Shown here: piece after piece, positions 7,964 through 16,874 of the stretch | Numbering within the stretch: position 1 is the first letter of the stretch | Layout of the letters: the number at the start of each line of letters is the position of its first letter | Assembly: GCA_964453355.1 (NCBI GenBank) | Contig: CAYVPF010000003.1 | Location: forward strand, 1-51,996 | Direction: 5' to 3' | Length of the DNA stretch: 51,996 bases | From: an uncultured Acidimicrobiaceae bacterium | GTDB taxonomy: Bacteria > Actinomycetota > Acidimicrobiia > Acidimicrobiales > RAAP-2 | The notes under the pieces: model-generated | Told to the model about the DNA's origin: nothing | Databases searched by the model: none | Seen by the model: only the letters and a program-made list of their open reading frames with translations | Position numbers and translations under genes: made by a program

Positions 7964-9562
7964 TCAGGCCTTGCGCCGGGGGAACAGGGGATCGCCCTTG
8001 GCGACCGCCAGGCCGCCGGGGTACCCGCCCCAGCCGGTGTCGGCGGGCACCCGCCGGTCCGCCGGGGACCCGTCCAGGCCGATCCGCCGCCAGATCTCCT
8101 GGGCCGTCGTCGGCATGGCCGGCACCACCAGCAGGGTGACGATCCGCAGGGCCTCCAGGGCGCTGCCCAGGACGGCGTCCACCGCCGGTCCCGGGTCGGC
8201 CTTCCACGGCTCGGTGGCCTCCAGCTCGGCGTTGGCCGCCCCGATCAGCCGCCAGGTGGCCTCCAGGGCCTCATGGGGGGCAAACCGGTCCCAGGCGCCG
8301 GCGGCGGCCGCCACCACGTCGGCCGCCGTGGCCGCCAGGGGGCTGTCGGGGTCCGGGGCCGGGCCGATGCCGCCGCACTTCGACCCCACCACGGTGGCCA
8401 CCCGCTGGACCAGATTGCCCAGGTTGTTGGCCAGGTCGGCGTTGTACCGGGACACGATCCCCTCGTAGGAGAAGTCGCCGTCGGCCCCGAGGGGCAGGTC
8501 CCGCAGCAGGTGGTACCGGGTGGCGTCCACCCCGAAGTCCGCCGTCAGCTGTGACGGGGCGATCTCGGTCAGCTTCACCGGTCCCTCCGTCGGGGCCGCG
8601 CCGGCCGGAGTGTCGGCGGCCTCCGCAGCCCGGCGGACCAGGGACTTGGACAGCTTCTGGCCACCGACCAGCAGCCAGCCGTGCACGAACACCTCCGCCG
8701 GCGGGTCGATGCCGGCGGCCATGCACATGGCCGGCCACCAGACGCAGTGGAACCGGATGATCTCCTTGCCGATCAGGTGGTGCACCGCCGGCCACCAGGC
8801 CTCGAACCAGTCGTCGTCGGTCCCGTACCCGATGGCCGTCAGGTAGTTGATGAGGGCGTCGTACCAGACGTAGAAGACGTGCTTGTCGTCCCACGGCACC
8901 GGCACCCCCCACGTGAGGGACGTCCGGGTGATCGAGATGTCCTTCAGGCCGCCCTTGATGAAGCTGAGCGCCTCGTTCCGCTTGCCGGCCGGCCGCACCG
9001 CCAGGGGGTGGGCGTCGTACCACTCGATCAGCCGGTCTTGGAAGGCGCTGAGCCGGAAGAAGTAGTTCTCCTCCTCCATCTGCACCACCGGCCGGCCGTG
9101 CACCGGGCACCGGCCGTCCACCAACTGGTCCTCGGTGTAGTAATCCTCACAGGACACGCAGTACAGGCCCCGGTAGGTGTCGGCGACGATGTACCCGTTG
9201 TCGTAGATCCGCTGCAGGAACTGCTGCACCGTCCGGTGGTGCCGGGGCTCGGTGGTCCGGATGAAGTCGTCGTTGGCGATGTCCAGGTCGGTCCAGGCCC
9301 CCTGGAACCGCTGCACCACCGTGTCGGCCCACTCCTGGGGGGACACCCCGTGCTCGGCGGCCGCCTCGGCCACCTTGGCCCCGTGCTCGTCGGTGCCGGT
9401 CAAAAAGAACGTGTCGTGGCCCAGCAGCCGGTGCCACCGGGCCAGCGCGTCGGCGTTCACGGTGGCGTAGGCATGCCCGACGTGCGGTGCGTCGTTGACG
9501 TAGTAGATGGGGGTCGTGATGTAGAAGCGCGGCACCGCCGGTAGCGTACCGGCGGCCCTCAC
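7964..9562 (-). CDS. metG: methionine--tRNA ligase
   Basis: FYITTPIYYVNDAPHVGHAY (HIGH region), KLSKS-type loop (GQKLSKSL). GTG at 9562 overlaps the rsmI stop (GTGA). An alternative GTG lies about 27 nt downstream. Confidence 0.92.
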   Translation of the reverse strand: MRAAGTLPAVPRFYITTPIYYVNDAPHVGHAYATVNADALARWHRLLGHDTFFLTGTDEHGAKVAEAAAEHGVSPQEWADTVVQRFQGAWTDLDIANDDFIRTTEPRHHRTVQQFLQRIYDNGYIVADTYRGLYCVSCEDYYTEDQLVDGRCPVHGRPVVQMEEENYFFRLSAFQDRLIEWYDAHPLAVRPAGKRNEALSFIKGGLKDISITRTSLTWGVPVPWDDKHVFYVWYDALINYLTAIGYGTDDDWFEAWWPAVHHLIGKEIIRFHCVWWPAMCMAAGIDPPAEVFVHGWLLVGGQKLSKSLVRRAAEAADTPAGAAPTEGPVKLTEIAPSQLTADFGVDATRYHLLRDLPLGADGDFSYEGIVSRYNADLANNLGNLVQRVATVVGSKCGGIGPAPDPDSPLAATAADVVAAAAGAWDRFAPHEALEATWRLIGAANAELEATEPWKADPGPAVDAVLGSALEALRIVTLLVVPAMPTTAQEIWRRIGLDGSPADRRVPADTGWGGYPGGLAVAKGDPLFPRRKA

Positions 9563-10467
9563 CCCAGCCGGTCGCTGGATTGCCGGCCGCCGGGCTGCCG
9601 GCCGCCGGACTGCAGATCAATGGCCAGCTGGTACGCCATCCGGCGGGGCACCCCCAGCTCCTGGGCCACCGCCTGGGCCGCCGCCCGGATGCCGTCGCCG
9701 GCCGCCAACCGGTCGGCCACCGCCCCGGCCACCCGGGCCTGGTCCGGCGGGGCCGCCGGTGGGGCCCCGCCGACCACCACCACCACCTCGCCCCGGATCC
9801 CCTCGCCGCTGGTCTCCCGGTCCCCGAACTCCGCCGCCGCCTCGACCAGGGTGCCCCGCCACACCTCTTCGTGCACCTTGGTCAGCTCCCTGGCCACCGC
9901 CACCGGCCGGTCCCCCAGAGCCGCGGCCAGGTCCGCCAGGGTGCCGGCCAGCCGGCCCGGGGCCTCCAGCAGCACGGTCGTCCGCGGCTCCGCCGCCAGT
10001 GCCGCCAGCCGCCGTCCCCGGTCGGCCCCCTTGCGGGGCAGGAACCCGTCGACGCAGAACCGGTCGGTCGGCAGCCCGCTGACCACCAGGCCGGCCAGCA
10101 CCGCGGACGGTCCGGGCACCGTCGTGACCTCCAGCCCGGCCGACGCCACGGCGGACACCAACCGGCTGCCCGGGTCCGACACCCCGGGGGTGCCGGCGTC
10201 GGTGACCACGGCCACCGTCCGGCCGCCGGCCACCCAGCGCATCACCTGCGGCACCCGCTCGGCTTCGTTGTGGGCGTGCACCGACACCAGCCGTCCGGCC
10301 GCCGGCACGCCGACCGCCGTCAACAGCGCCCGGGTGCGCCGGGTGTCCTCGCAGCAGATCACGTCCGCCCCGGCCAGGGCCTCCACCGCCCTCGGCGACA
10401 GGTCCCCCAGGTTGCCGATGGGGGTGGCCACCAGCACCAGCTGGCCGGTCCCCGGCTGGCCGGTCAC
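9559..10467 (-). CDS. rsmI: 16S rRNA (cytidine1402-2'-O)-methyltransferase
   Basis: GQLVLVATPIGNLGDLSPRAVEALAGADVICCEDTRRT. Track ORF 9559..10794 trimmed to GTG at 10467, which overlaps the upstream stop (GTGA). The C-terminal tail carries a GGRQP/GGRQS 15-bp duplication (9581-9608). Confidence 0.88.
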   Translation of the reverse strand: MTGQPGTGQLVLVATPIGNLGDLSPRAVEALAGADVICCEDTRRTRALLTAVGVPAAGRLVSVHAHNEAERVPQVMRWVAGGRTVAVVTDAGTPGVSDPGSRLVSAVASAGLEVTTVPGPSAVLAGLVVSGLPTDRFCVDGFLPRKGADRGRRLAALAAEPRTTVLLEAPGRLAGTLADLAAALGDRPVAVARELTKVHEEVWRGTLVEAAAEFGDRETSGEGIRGEVVVVVGGAPPAAPPDQARVAGAVADRLAAGDGIRAAAQAVAQELGVPRRMAYQLAIDLQSGGRQPGGRQSSDRLG

Positions 10468-10805
10468 CGGACCTCCCTGATCTCCAGCCGATCTCCCAGG
10501 CACAGGCCCCACCGCTCGAAGTTGCCGGCCGACGACGCCAGCACGTTCCGGGTTCCCGGCCGGGGAATGGCCACCCGCCAGGGGGTCAGCCGGACGGTGG
10601 CCAGCACGACCAGTTCCCGGTCCAAGAAGGCGGCGTCCACCGTCATGGCGATGCCGGCGGTGTGCAGGCACCGGCCCCCCCGGAGCAGGACGGCCCCGTC
10701 GCAACCGGTGCGGCCGAACAGGCCGCGGGCCCGCTCGGCCCACCCCTCGGCCACCTCGGTGGAGGCCAGCACGTCCCCGTCCCGCAGGAGCCACACCTCC
10801 TTCAC
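10464..10805 (-). CDS. DUF192-family protein
   Basis: VKEVWLLRDGDVLASTEVAEGWAERARGLFGR...LHTAGIAMTVDAAFLDRE. Trimmed to GTG at 10805. Confidence 0.7.
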   Translation of the reverse strand: MKEVWLLRDGDVLASTEVAEGWAERARGLFGRTGCDGAVLLRGGRCLHTAGIAMTVDAAFLDRELVVLATVRLTPWRVAIPRPGTRNVLASSAGNFERWGLCLGDRLEIREVR

Positions 10806-10856
10806 GGCAGCACCACGTCGACTGACGCTACTCCCGTCCTCTAGGCTGTCCCTCTT

Positions 10857-10940
10857 ATGTCGAAGCGGACGGTCAAGCGGAAACTGCGGTCGAAGAAGAA
10901 GGCCAATCACGGCAAGAAGCCGAACTGCGGTCGCGGCTGA
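10857..10940 (+). CDS. small basic ribosomal protein bL37-like (27 aa)
   Basis: Hand translation gives MSKRTVKRKLRSKKKANHGKKPNCGRG*. The KANHGK(R/K)PN motif matches the mycobacterial bL37 peptide. TAGGCT (10842-10847) lies 9 nt upstream of the ATG. Below the ORF-track length cutoff. Confidence 0.7.
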   Translation: MSKRTVKRKLRSKKKANHGKKPNCGRG

Positions 10941-10975
10941 CCTGCCGCTTCATGCCAGTGCCGGCTGACCTGCCG
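10934..10975 (+). repeat. 14-nt perfect direct repeat CGGCTGACCTGCCG, first copy containing the bL37-like stop codon
   Basis: Copies at 10934-10947 and 10962-10975. Confidence 0.9.
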
Positions 10976-10991
10976 GTTCTGAGCTAACGGT

Positions 10992-11870
10992 TCAGCCCAG
11001 CCCTGCCCAGGCCACCCCTCGGGTGGCCAGGACGCCGGCCAGGGTGGTGGGCAGGTCGGAGATGATGCCGTCGACTCCGAGGTCGACCAGTCGCTCCATG
11101 GCCTGGACGTCGTTGACGGTCCACACGTGCACCGCCATGCCGGCGCGGTGGGCGGCGTCCACGAACCGCCGGTCCACCACGACCAAGTCCCCGTACCGCT
11201 CCGGCACCTGGAACGCCACGGCGTCGATGGCCGGCGGCTCGGCACCCTCTTGGACGGCCCCCCAGAACTCGACGGTGGCCAGGGTGCCGGCCGACGTCGG
11301 CACGGCCGGGGCCAGCGGGCGGAAGGCGTCCGTGGCGGGGTCCAGGAACGAGGCCACGATGACGTCGTCGGTGCGGTCGTAGTCGGCCAGCAGGACCGCC
11401 AGGGCCGCCTCGTACGGCGCCACCGCCGGCGCCGTCTGCTTGATGTCCAGGTTCAGCGGCACCCCCGGGAACCGCTCCAGCACCTCCCGGAGGGTGGCGA
11501 TGCGGAAGTCCGGGTCGGTGGCCGCCCGTCCCCGGTACGGGTACTCCCCGTCGGGCCGGCCCGGGGTGACGTCGGCCCCGGGGATGAACCAGTAGGCGTT
11601 GTCCAGCTCCTTCAGCTGTGCCAAGGTCAGGTCGGCGATGTTGCCCCGCCCGTCGGTGGTCCGGTCCACGGTCTCGTCGTGGCCCACCACCAGCTCACCG
11701 TCGGCAGTGGCGTGCACGTCCAGCTCGATCGCCGTGGCCCCGGCCGCTACGGCCCGGCCGATGGCGAACAGGGTCGACGACGGCCACTCCCAGGCGCCGC
11801 CCTGGTGGGCGTAGGCCACGACCCGCCTGTCCAGCCACGGTCGGTCCAGCCACGGTCGATGGGCGGTCAC
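10992..11870 (-). CDS. glycerophosphodiester phosphodiesterase family protein
   Basis: VAYAHQGGAWEWPSSTLFA...IELDVHATADGELVVGHDETVDRTT. I prefer GTG at 11870 (TACCTT hexamer 7 nt upstream) over the track start at 11933, which would overlap the divergent gene. Confidence 0.82.
   Translation of the reverse strand: MTAHRPWLDRPWLDRRVVAYAHQGGAWEWPSSTLFAIGRAVAAGATAIELDVHATADGELVVGHDETVDRTTDGRGNIADLTLAQLKELDNAYWFIPGADVTPGRPDGEYPYRGRAATDPDFRIATLREVLERFPGVPLNLDIKQTAPAVAPYEAALAVLLADYDRTDDVIVASFLDPATDAFRPLAPAVPTSAGTLATVEFWGAVQEGAEPPAIDAVAFQVPERYGDLVVVDRRFVDAAHRAGMAVHVWTVNDVQAMERLVDLGVDGIISDLPTTLAGVLATRGVAWAGLG
11829..11858 (-). repeat. perfect 15-bp tandem duplication GTCCAGCCACGGTCG x2 (RPWLD x2)
   Basis: Units at 11829-11843 and 11844-11858, within the first 14 codons of the phosphodiesterase gene. 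Confidence 0.95.
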
Positions 11871-11895
11871 CCTGGGGAAGGTAGCCTCTGGCGCC

Positions 11896-12531
11896 GTGCT
11901 GGACCACCTCCTCGTCGACCTGATCAGGACCATCCGCCGGTCCCTGGACGAGGCCCTGTTGCAGCGCCAGGCCGTGGAGGAGCGGTTCCAGGTGGACGTG
12001 TTCCTGGGCGACGTGTCCTGGGAGACCAGCTACAGCCTCCCCGGTGAGGAGCAGCCACCACGGGTCCGGGCGGACCTGTCGGTGGACTGGCCCACCTGGA
12101 GCCAGACGGCCTACCGGAGCTGGTCCATCGGCGAGACCCCGACCGAGCTGCCCGAGGTGGTGGTGGAGGTGGCCATGCGCATCCAGCGGCTGGCCGAACC
12201 CCCGGCGGCGGACCGGGTGCTGGCGGTGCTGCCGACCGAGAGCCCGCTGCTGGGTCGGGAGCGGCTGGTCCGGTCGTCGACCATCGTCGAGGAGGTCCAC
12301 GCCGACCCTGACACCGACCGACCGGGTGCCGTACCGGAGGCCCCGGTGGTGCGGTGGGCGGTGGAGGCCTCCTACGAGGGAGCGATCCGGTTCGACGAGG
12401 TCAACCTGGAGGACCCGGACACCCTGCAACCGGTCGCCGGCATCCTGACCCGCTGGATCTCGTCCACCCTGGTGCAGCTGGCCGACCTGCCGCTGGCGTT
12501 CCTGCCGCCGGACCCCGCCGAGGACGGCTGA
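11896..12531 (+). CDS. hypothetical acidic protein (211 aa)
   Basis: Protein-like composition, unlike the R/G/P-rich artefact ORFs. GTG at 11896 has GGTAGCCTCTG 8 nt upstream. No family recognised. Confidence 0.6.
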   Translation: MLDHLLVDLIRTIRRSLDEALLQRQAVEERFQVDVFLGDVSWETSYSLPGEEQPPRVRADLSVDWPTWSQTAYRSWSIGETPTELPEVVVEVAMRIQRLAEPPAADRVLAVLPTESPLLGRERLVRSSTIVEEVHADPDTDRPGAVPEAPVVRWAVEASYEGAIRFDEVNLEDPDTLQPVAGILTRWISSTLVQLADLPLAFLPPDPAEDG

Positions 12532-12669
12532 TCCGGACCCCCGGACCGGTGTTGCCGCGTGTGGCTCACTGGCACATGCGCCCTGGACCCCGGTGGCCGC
12601 CACACCATCGGCGGCGGGGGCCGGGAGGCGACTGGTATCCGGCCGTCCCCGTCGACTAGGGATTGTGCC

Positions 12670-13449
12670 GTGGCACCCCCGTTCCGTTGGACCTTCGGCC
12701 GGCGCGCCCGGTCGGTCGTCGCCGGCGTCGCCCTGGCCGGGCTGGCCGGGGCGGGGCTGGCCGCCTGTAGCAGCTCCCCGGCCGCTCCGCCGGCCAGCAT
12801 GGGCATCGTCGAGAACCGCCCGGTACCCACCACCACGCTGCTGACCGACCAGGGCAAACCCACCACCCTGGCGGCGTTCCGCGGCAAGTACGTGGTCATG
12901 GCCCCGTTCCTGACCCTGTGCCAGGACGAGTGCCCGCTGGTCACCGGGGCGTTCCAGACCATGCAACGCGACGTCCGGGCCACCGGGCTGGGCAGCAAAG
13001 TGGTGTTCCTGGAGGTGTCCGTGGACCCCTGGCGGGACTCCCCCGCCCGCCTCCGGGCCTACGCAACCCGCTTCGGCGCCGACTGGCCCCTGCTCACCGG
13101 GACCCTGGCCAACTTGAAGGCGTTCTGGAGCCAGTTCGGGGTCTACTTCGCCAAGGTCCGCGAGGCCCAGCCGCCCAAGCTGGACTGGTGGACCGGCAAG
13201 CCGCTGACCTTCGACGTGAACCACACCGACGGGTTCATCCTGCTGAGCCCGGCCGGCCGGGAGCGGTTCATCACCGTGGAGCCGCCCAACCTGCACGGCA
13301 AGCTGCAGGCCGACCTGCGCTCGCTCCTCAACACAGGGGGGCTCGAGAACCTTTATCACCAAGCCAAGAACTCGTGGACCATTCCCCAGGCCCTGGCCGC
13401 CCTCAGCTGGTTGGTGGGCCAGACAATCCCGTCGGCCACCTCCTCGTGA
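12670..13449 (+). CDS. SCO1/SenC-family thioredoxin-fold lipoprotein (copper chaperone-like)
   Basis: Lipobox LAACSS; FRGKYVVMAPFLTLCQDECPLV (CxxxC); ...VSVDPWRDSP. Trimmed to GTG at 12670. Confidence 0.8.
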   Translation: MAPPFRWTFGRRARSVVAGVALAGLAGAGLAACSSSPAAPPASMGIVENRPVPTTTLLTDQGKPTTLAAFRGKYVVMAPFLTLCQDECPLVTGAFQTMQRDVRATGLGSKVVFLEVSVDPWRDSPARLRAYATRFGADWPLLTGTLANLKAFWSQFGVYFAKVREAQPPKLDWWTGKPLTFDVNHTDGFILLSPAGRERFITVEPPNLHGKLQADLRSLLNTGGLENLYHQAKNSWTIPQALAALSWLVGQTIPSATSS

Positions 13450-13480
13450 CCGAGCGCCCCAGCCTGACCGGTGCCCCAGC

Positions 13481-13996
13481 GTGACCGGACGGCGTTCCTG
13501 GTCGACGGTGGCCGTGGTCGTCCTGCTGGCCGCCGGCGGGCTGACCCTGTCGGCCTGCGGCAACGGCAACCCGGTGACCACGATCAACGTGACCCCGACC
13601 ACCACCAAGGGGGTGACGCTGTCCACGGAACAGTCCCCGGTGGGGCCCATCCTCACCACCGGTACCGGGAACACCCTGTACGACTTCGCCCCCGACACCC
13701 CGACGTCCAGTGACTGCGTGTCGTCCGCCTGCGTGCTCCTGTGGCCACCGCTGGTACTACCCGGCGACGAGCCCCCCACGGTGGCCAAGGGCCTGAAGCA
13801 GTCGCTGGTCAACGAGATCAAGCGGCCGGACGGCGCGGTGCAGGTCACCTACGGGGGGCACCCCCTGTACACGTGGAACGGCGACACCAAGCCCGGCATG
13901 ATCACCGGCCAGGCCCTCGACAACGAGGGCGGCTACTGGTATGTGGTGGCGCCGACAGGCAAGCAGATCACCACCCCGTTCACCGTCGACGGCTGA
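13481..13996 (+). CDS. lipoprotein of the COG4315 / secreted-repeat (Lipoprotein_15-like) family
   Basis: Lipobox LTLSACG; GNTLYDFAPDT...VTYGGHPLYTWNGDTKPG..GQALDNEGGYWYVV. Confidence 0.75.
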   Translation: MTGRRSWSTVAVVVLLAAGGLTLSACGNGNPVTTINVTPTTTKGVTLSTEQSPVGPILTTGTGNTLYDFAPDTPTSSDCVSSACVLLWPPLVLPGDEPPTVAKGLKQSLVNEIKRPDGAVQVTYGGHPLYTWNGDTKPGMITGQALDNEGGYWYVVAPTGKQITTPFTVDG

Positions 13997-14013
13997 CCGG
14001 CCGGCCGCGGCGG

Positions 14014-15459
14014 CTACTCGCCCAGCGGCGTGATGGACTTGAGCTCCAGGTAGTTGTCCAGGCCCTCGGGGCCCATCTCCCGGCCGATGCCACTGTTCTT
14101 GTAGCCGCCGACCGGGGCCGGGAAATCGAACATGTACCCGTTGACCCCGATGGTGCCGGTCCGGATGCGCCGGGCCACGTCGAGGCCGAAGGCGGCGTCG
14201 CCGGAGAAGACGGTGCCGGCGAGGCCGTAGTCGGAGTCGTTGGCAATGGTGACGGCGTCGTCGACGTCGTCGAAGGGCATGACGGCCACCACGGGACCGA
14301 AGATCTCCTCCTGGGCGATCCGCATGTGCGTGTCGACGTCGGCGAAGACAGTGGGCTCGACGTACCAGCCCTTGTCGAACCCGGCCGGCCGGCCGCCGCC
14401 GGTGGTGATCCGGGCGCCCTCGTTCCGGCCCACCTCCAGGTAGCCCTCCACCCGCTCCCGGTGCCGCTCGGCGAACAGCGGTCCGATCTCGGTTGACTCG
14501 TCCGTCGGGTCGCCGATGCGCAACCCCTTGGCCAGCTCGGTGACGGCGTCGACCACCTCGTCGTACCGGCTCCGCGGGGCCAGGATGCGGGAGTGGGCCA
14601 GGCACGACTCGCCGTTCAGCATGAACGACGAGAACCGGAGGGCCTCGACCGCGGCGGCCACGTCGGCGTCTTCCAGGATGATGGCGGCCGACTTGCCGCC
14701 GAGCTCCAAGGTGCAGCGCTTCAGCGTCTCGCCGCAGATGGAGCCCACCCGCCGCCCGGCGGCGGTCGAACCGGTGAACCCGATCTTGTCCACGCCCGGG
14801 CTCCGCACCAGGCGCTCGCCGACCTCGCGACCGGCCGGGACGACGTTGAGCACCCCGGCCGGCAGGCCGGCTTCCTCGGCGATCTCGGCCAACAGGAAGG
14901 TGTCGAGGGGGGTCTCGGGGGCCGGCTTGATGACGACGGTGCAGCCGGCGATGAGGGCCGGCGCCACCCGCGACATGATGACCAGCTGCGGGACGTTCCA
15001 CGGGGCGATCACCCCGACCACCCCGACCGGCTCCCGACGCACCAAGATGTCGCCGCCGATGATCCCGGCCCGCCGTTCCTCCCAGGGATAGCTGCCCGCC
15101 AGACCCACGAAGTACTGCAGCATCCCGGCCGCCGGCGGCGCCTGGATCTGGGACGAGAAGGCGATGGTGCACCCCATCTCCTCGGTGATCACGTCGGCCA
15201 TCTCCGGGCAATGGGCCAGGTACGTCTCCGCCAGCTTGGCCACGTACTCCCCCCGCTGGACCGGCGTCAGGTTGGGCCACGGACCGCGGTCGAAGGCCTC
15301 CCGGGCGGCGGCCACGGCCCGATCGATGTCGGCGTCGACGGCATCGGGGACGGTGGCGATGACCTCCTCGGTGACCGGCGAGATGACCTCCAGGAGATCG
15401 CCGCCGGCTGGGTCCACCCACTCGCCGCCGATGTAGAACTGCTTGTACGAACGGGCCAT
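14014..15459 (-). CDS. NAD(P)-dependent aldehyde dehydrogenase
   Basis: MARSYKQFYIGGEWVD...FTGSTAAGRRV...ELGGKSAAII...ESCLAHSRIL. Confidence 0.9.
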   Translation of the reverse strand: MARSYKQFYIGGEWVDPAGGDLLEVISPVTEEVIATVPDAVDADIDRAVAAAREAFDRGPWPNLTPVQRGEYVAKLAETYLAHCPEMADVITEEMGCTIAFSSQIQAPPAAGMLQYFVGLAGSYPWEERRAGIIGGDILVRREPVGVVGVIAPWNVPQLVIMSRVAPALIAGCTVVIKPAPETPLDTFLLAEIAEEAGLPAGVLNVVPAGREVGERLVRSPGVDKIGFTGSTAAGRRVGSICGETLKRCTLELGGKSAAIILEDADVAAAVEALRFSSFMLNGESCLAHSRILAPRSRYDEVVDAVTELAKGLRIGDPTDESTEIGPLFAERHRERVEGYLEVGRNEGARITTGGGRPAGFDKGWYVEPTVFADVDTHMRIAQEEIFGPVVAVMPFDDVDDAVTIANDSDYGLAGTVFSGDAAFGLDVARRIRTGTIGVNGYMFDFPAPVGGYKNSGIGREMGPEGLDNYLELKSITPLGE

Positions 15460-15495
15460 GTTCTCGCCTTTCCCTTGATCTTCTCGGTTGCTGCC

Positions 15496-15945
15496 TTACG
15501 TGTTCTGTGGGCCTGCGGGGGTGGTCACCACCTGATACCCCGGGAAGTCGGTCCGCTCGGCGATGCGCCAGCCCGCCTGGCGGACCAGGCGGTCCTCGTA
15601 GTGCCCGTAGATCTGCAGGGCCGGACCGTCACGGGGGACGAAGAGGCCGTGCCAGGTGGTGACCACCGAGGCCGACGCCCGGTCAGGCGCGACGGTGAAC
15701 TCGCTGTCCCCGATCATGAGGTCGAACCACTGGACCTCGGTCAGCAGGGCCGAGAGCCACGCCTTGGTGTCCGACACCCCGGCCCGGGAACCGCCGATGC
15801 GGGTGTAGTCGATGGTGGCGTCGGCGGTGAACACGTCGTCGAGCAAGTCGACGTCCTGGGTCCGCAGCGCCGTGCAGTACCTGACCAGCAGGTCCACGAT
15901 GGCCGCCCGGTCCACCAGGTCGTCCACGGTCGGAACGGCCCCCAC
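15496..15945 (-). CDS. SnoaL/NTF2-like fold protein
   Basis: VGAVPTVDDLVDRAAIVDLLVRYCTALRTQDVDLLDDVFTADATIDYT... GTG at 15945 lies 2 nt after the dioxygenase stop. Track ORF 15496..16785 trimmed. Confidence 0.7.
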   Translation of the reverse strand: MGAVPTVDDLVDRAAIVDLLVRYCTALRTQDVDLLDDVFTADATIDYTRIGGSRAGVSDTKAWLSALLTEVQWFDLMIGDSEFTVAPDRASASVVTTWHGLFVPRDGPALQIYGHYEDRLVRQAGWRIAERTDFPGYQVVTTPAGPQNT

Positions 15946-15947
15946 GG

Positions 15948-16841
15948 CTAGACCATCGAGCGGAGCCCGTCGTGGCCCCACTCGCCCGGCCCGCGTAGGC
16001 CGTTGTAGTGCTCGACGTGCCAGGTGGCCGGGTCGATCTCCCGGGCCCCCCAGCCGTACTCCAGGTGCCAGCCGGAGGGGCTCTTGAAGTAGAAGGAGAA
16101 CATCCGGTCGTTGAGGTGCCGCCCGAGCGAGGTCGAGACGATGTCCCGCTCCAGGCACAGGTCGTAGGTGGTCCCGACGTCGTCGATGTCGAGGGTCTCG
16201 AACATGACGTGCTGGGCCCGGCGCGGCGTGCCCGGGATGCCGATGAACGCCAACGAGTGGTGCCGCGGGTTGCAGTGCATGAAGCTGGCGAACGTGCCCA
16301 TGCCGGGGATGACGGCCCGGTCGGAAGCGGCGAACCCGAGGGCCTCCTCGTAGAAGGCTTCGGCCTTCACCACGTCGGGGGCATAGAGCACCACGTGGCC
16401 CAGTCCGAGGGCACCCGTCTTGAAGCCCGACAGGGGGCGTGACGTGTTGACGTGGGGGACGAACTGCACCTCCGGCCCGTAGCCCACCTCCATCCGCATC
16501 CCCGAGTGCGGGCAGGTGAAGCTGACCAGCTCGATCATCCGCCGTCGGTCGGCCTCTTCCGCGGTGCCCGGCACCACCTCGACCCCTGCCGCTTCGATAC
16601 GGGCGGCCACCGCCTGCAGTTGCGTGGCGTCGGCCACCTCCCAGCCGACGAAAACGACGTCCTCGGTCTCGGCCTCCTCCACCACGAGGCGGTGGTGGTG
16701 GTCGTCGATCCGCAGGTACAAGGTGCGCTCGTCGCTGTCGGGCGTGATCTCGTGGCCGAGGACCTCGGTGGTGTAGTTGCGCCACCCCTCCAGGTCCCGG
16801 GTCCCCGCGCCGACGTAGCTGAGCTGGTTGACCTTGCTCAT
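15948..16841 (-). CDS. type I extradiol ring-cleavage dioxygenase (VOC superfamily, BphC/HsaC-like)
   Basis: Two-domain 297-aa protein: LSYVGAGTRDLEGW...LGHVVLYAPDV...FMHCNPRHHSLAF...HVMFE...SFYFKSPSGWHLEYGWG. Confidence 0.88.
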   Translation of the reverse strand: MSKVNQLSYVGAGTRDLEGWRNYTTEVLGHEITPDSDERTLYLRIDDHHHRLVVEEAETEDVVFVGWEVADATQLQAVAARIEAAGVEVVPGTAEEADRRRMIELVSFTCPHSGMRMEVGYGPEVQFVPHVNTSRPLSGFKTGALGLGHVVLYAPDVVKAEAFYEEALGFAASDRAVIPGMGTFASFMHCNPRHHSLAFIGIPGTPRRAQHVMFETLDIDDVGTTYDLCLERDIVSTSLGRHLNDRMFSFYFKSPSGWHLEYGWGAREIDPATWHVEHYNGLRGPGEWGHDGLRSMV

Positions 16842-16874
16842 CTCTGCTCCTTCCCGTTCATCGCACCCCGCCGT

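Noticed and set aside
11695-13848. 717-aa minus-strand ORF spanning three plus-strand genes
   Set aside because: It is antisense to well-supported genes (hypothetical, SCO-family, lipoprotein). Its translation is R/G/P/H-rich low-complexity sequence, typical of open antisense frames in high-G+C DNA.
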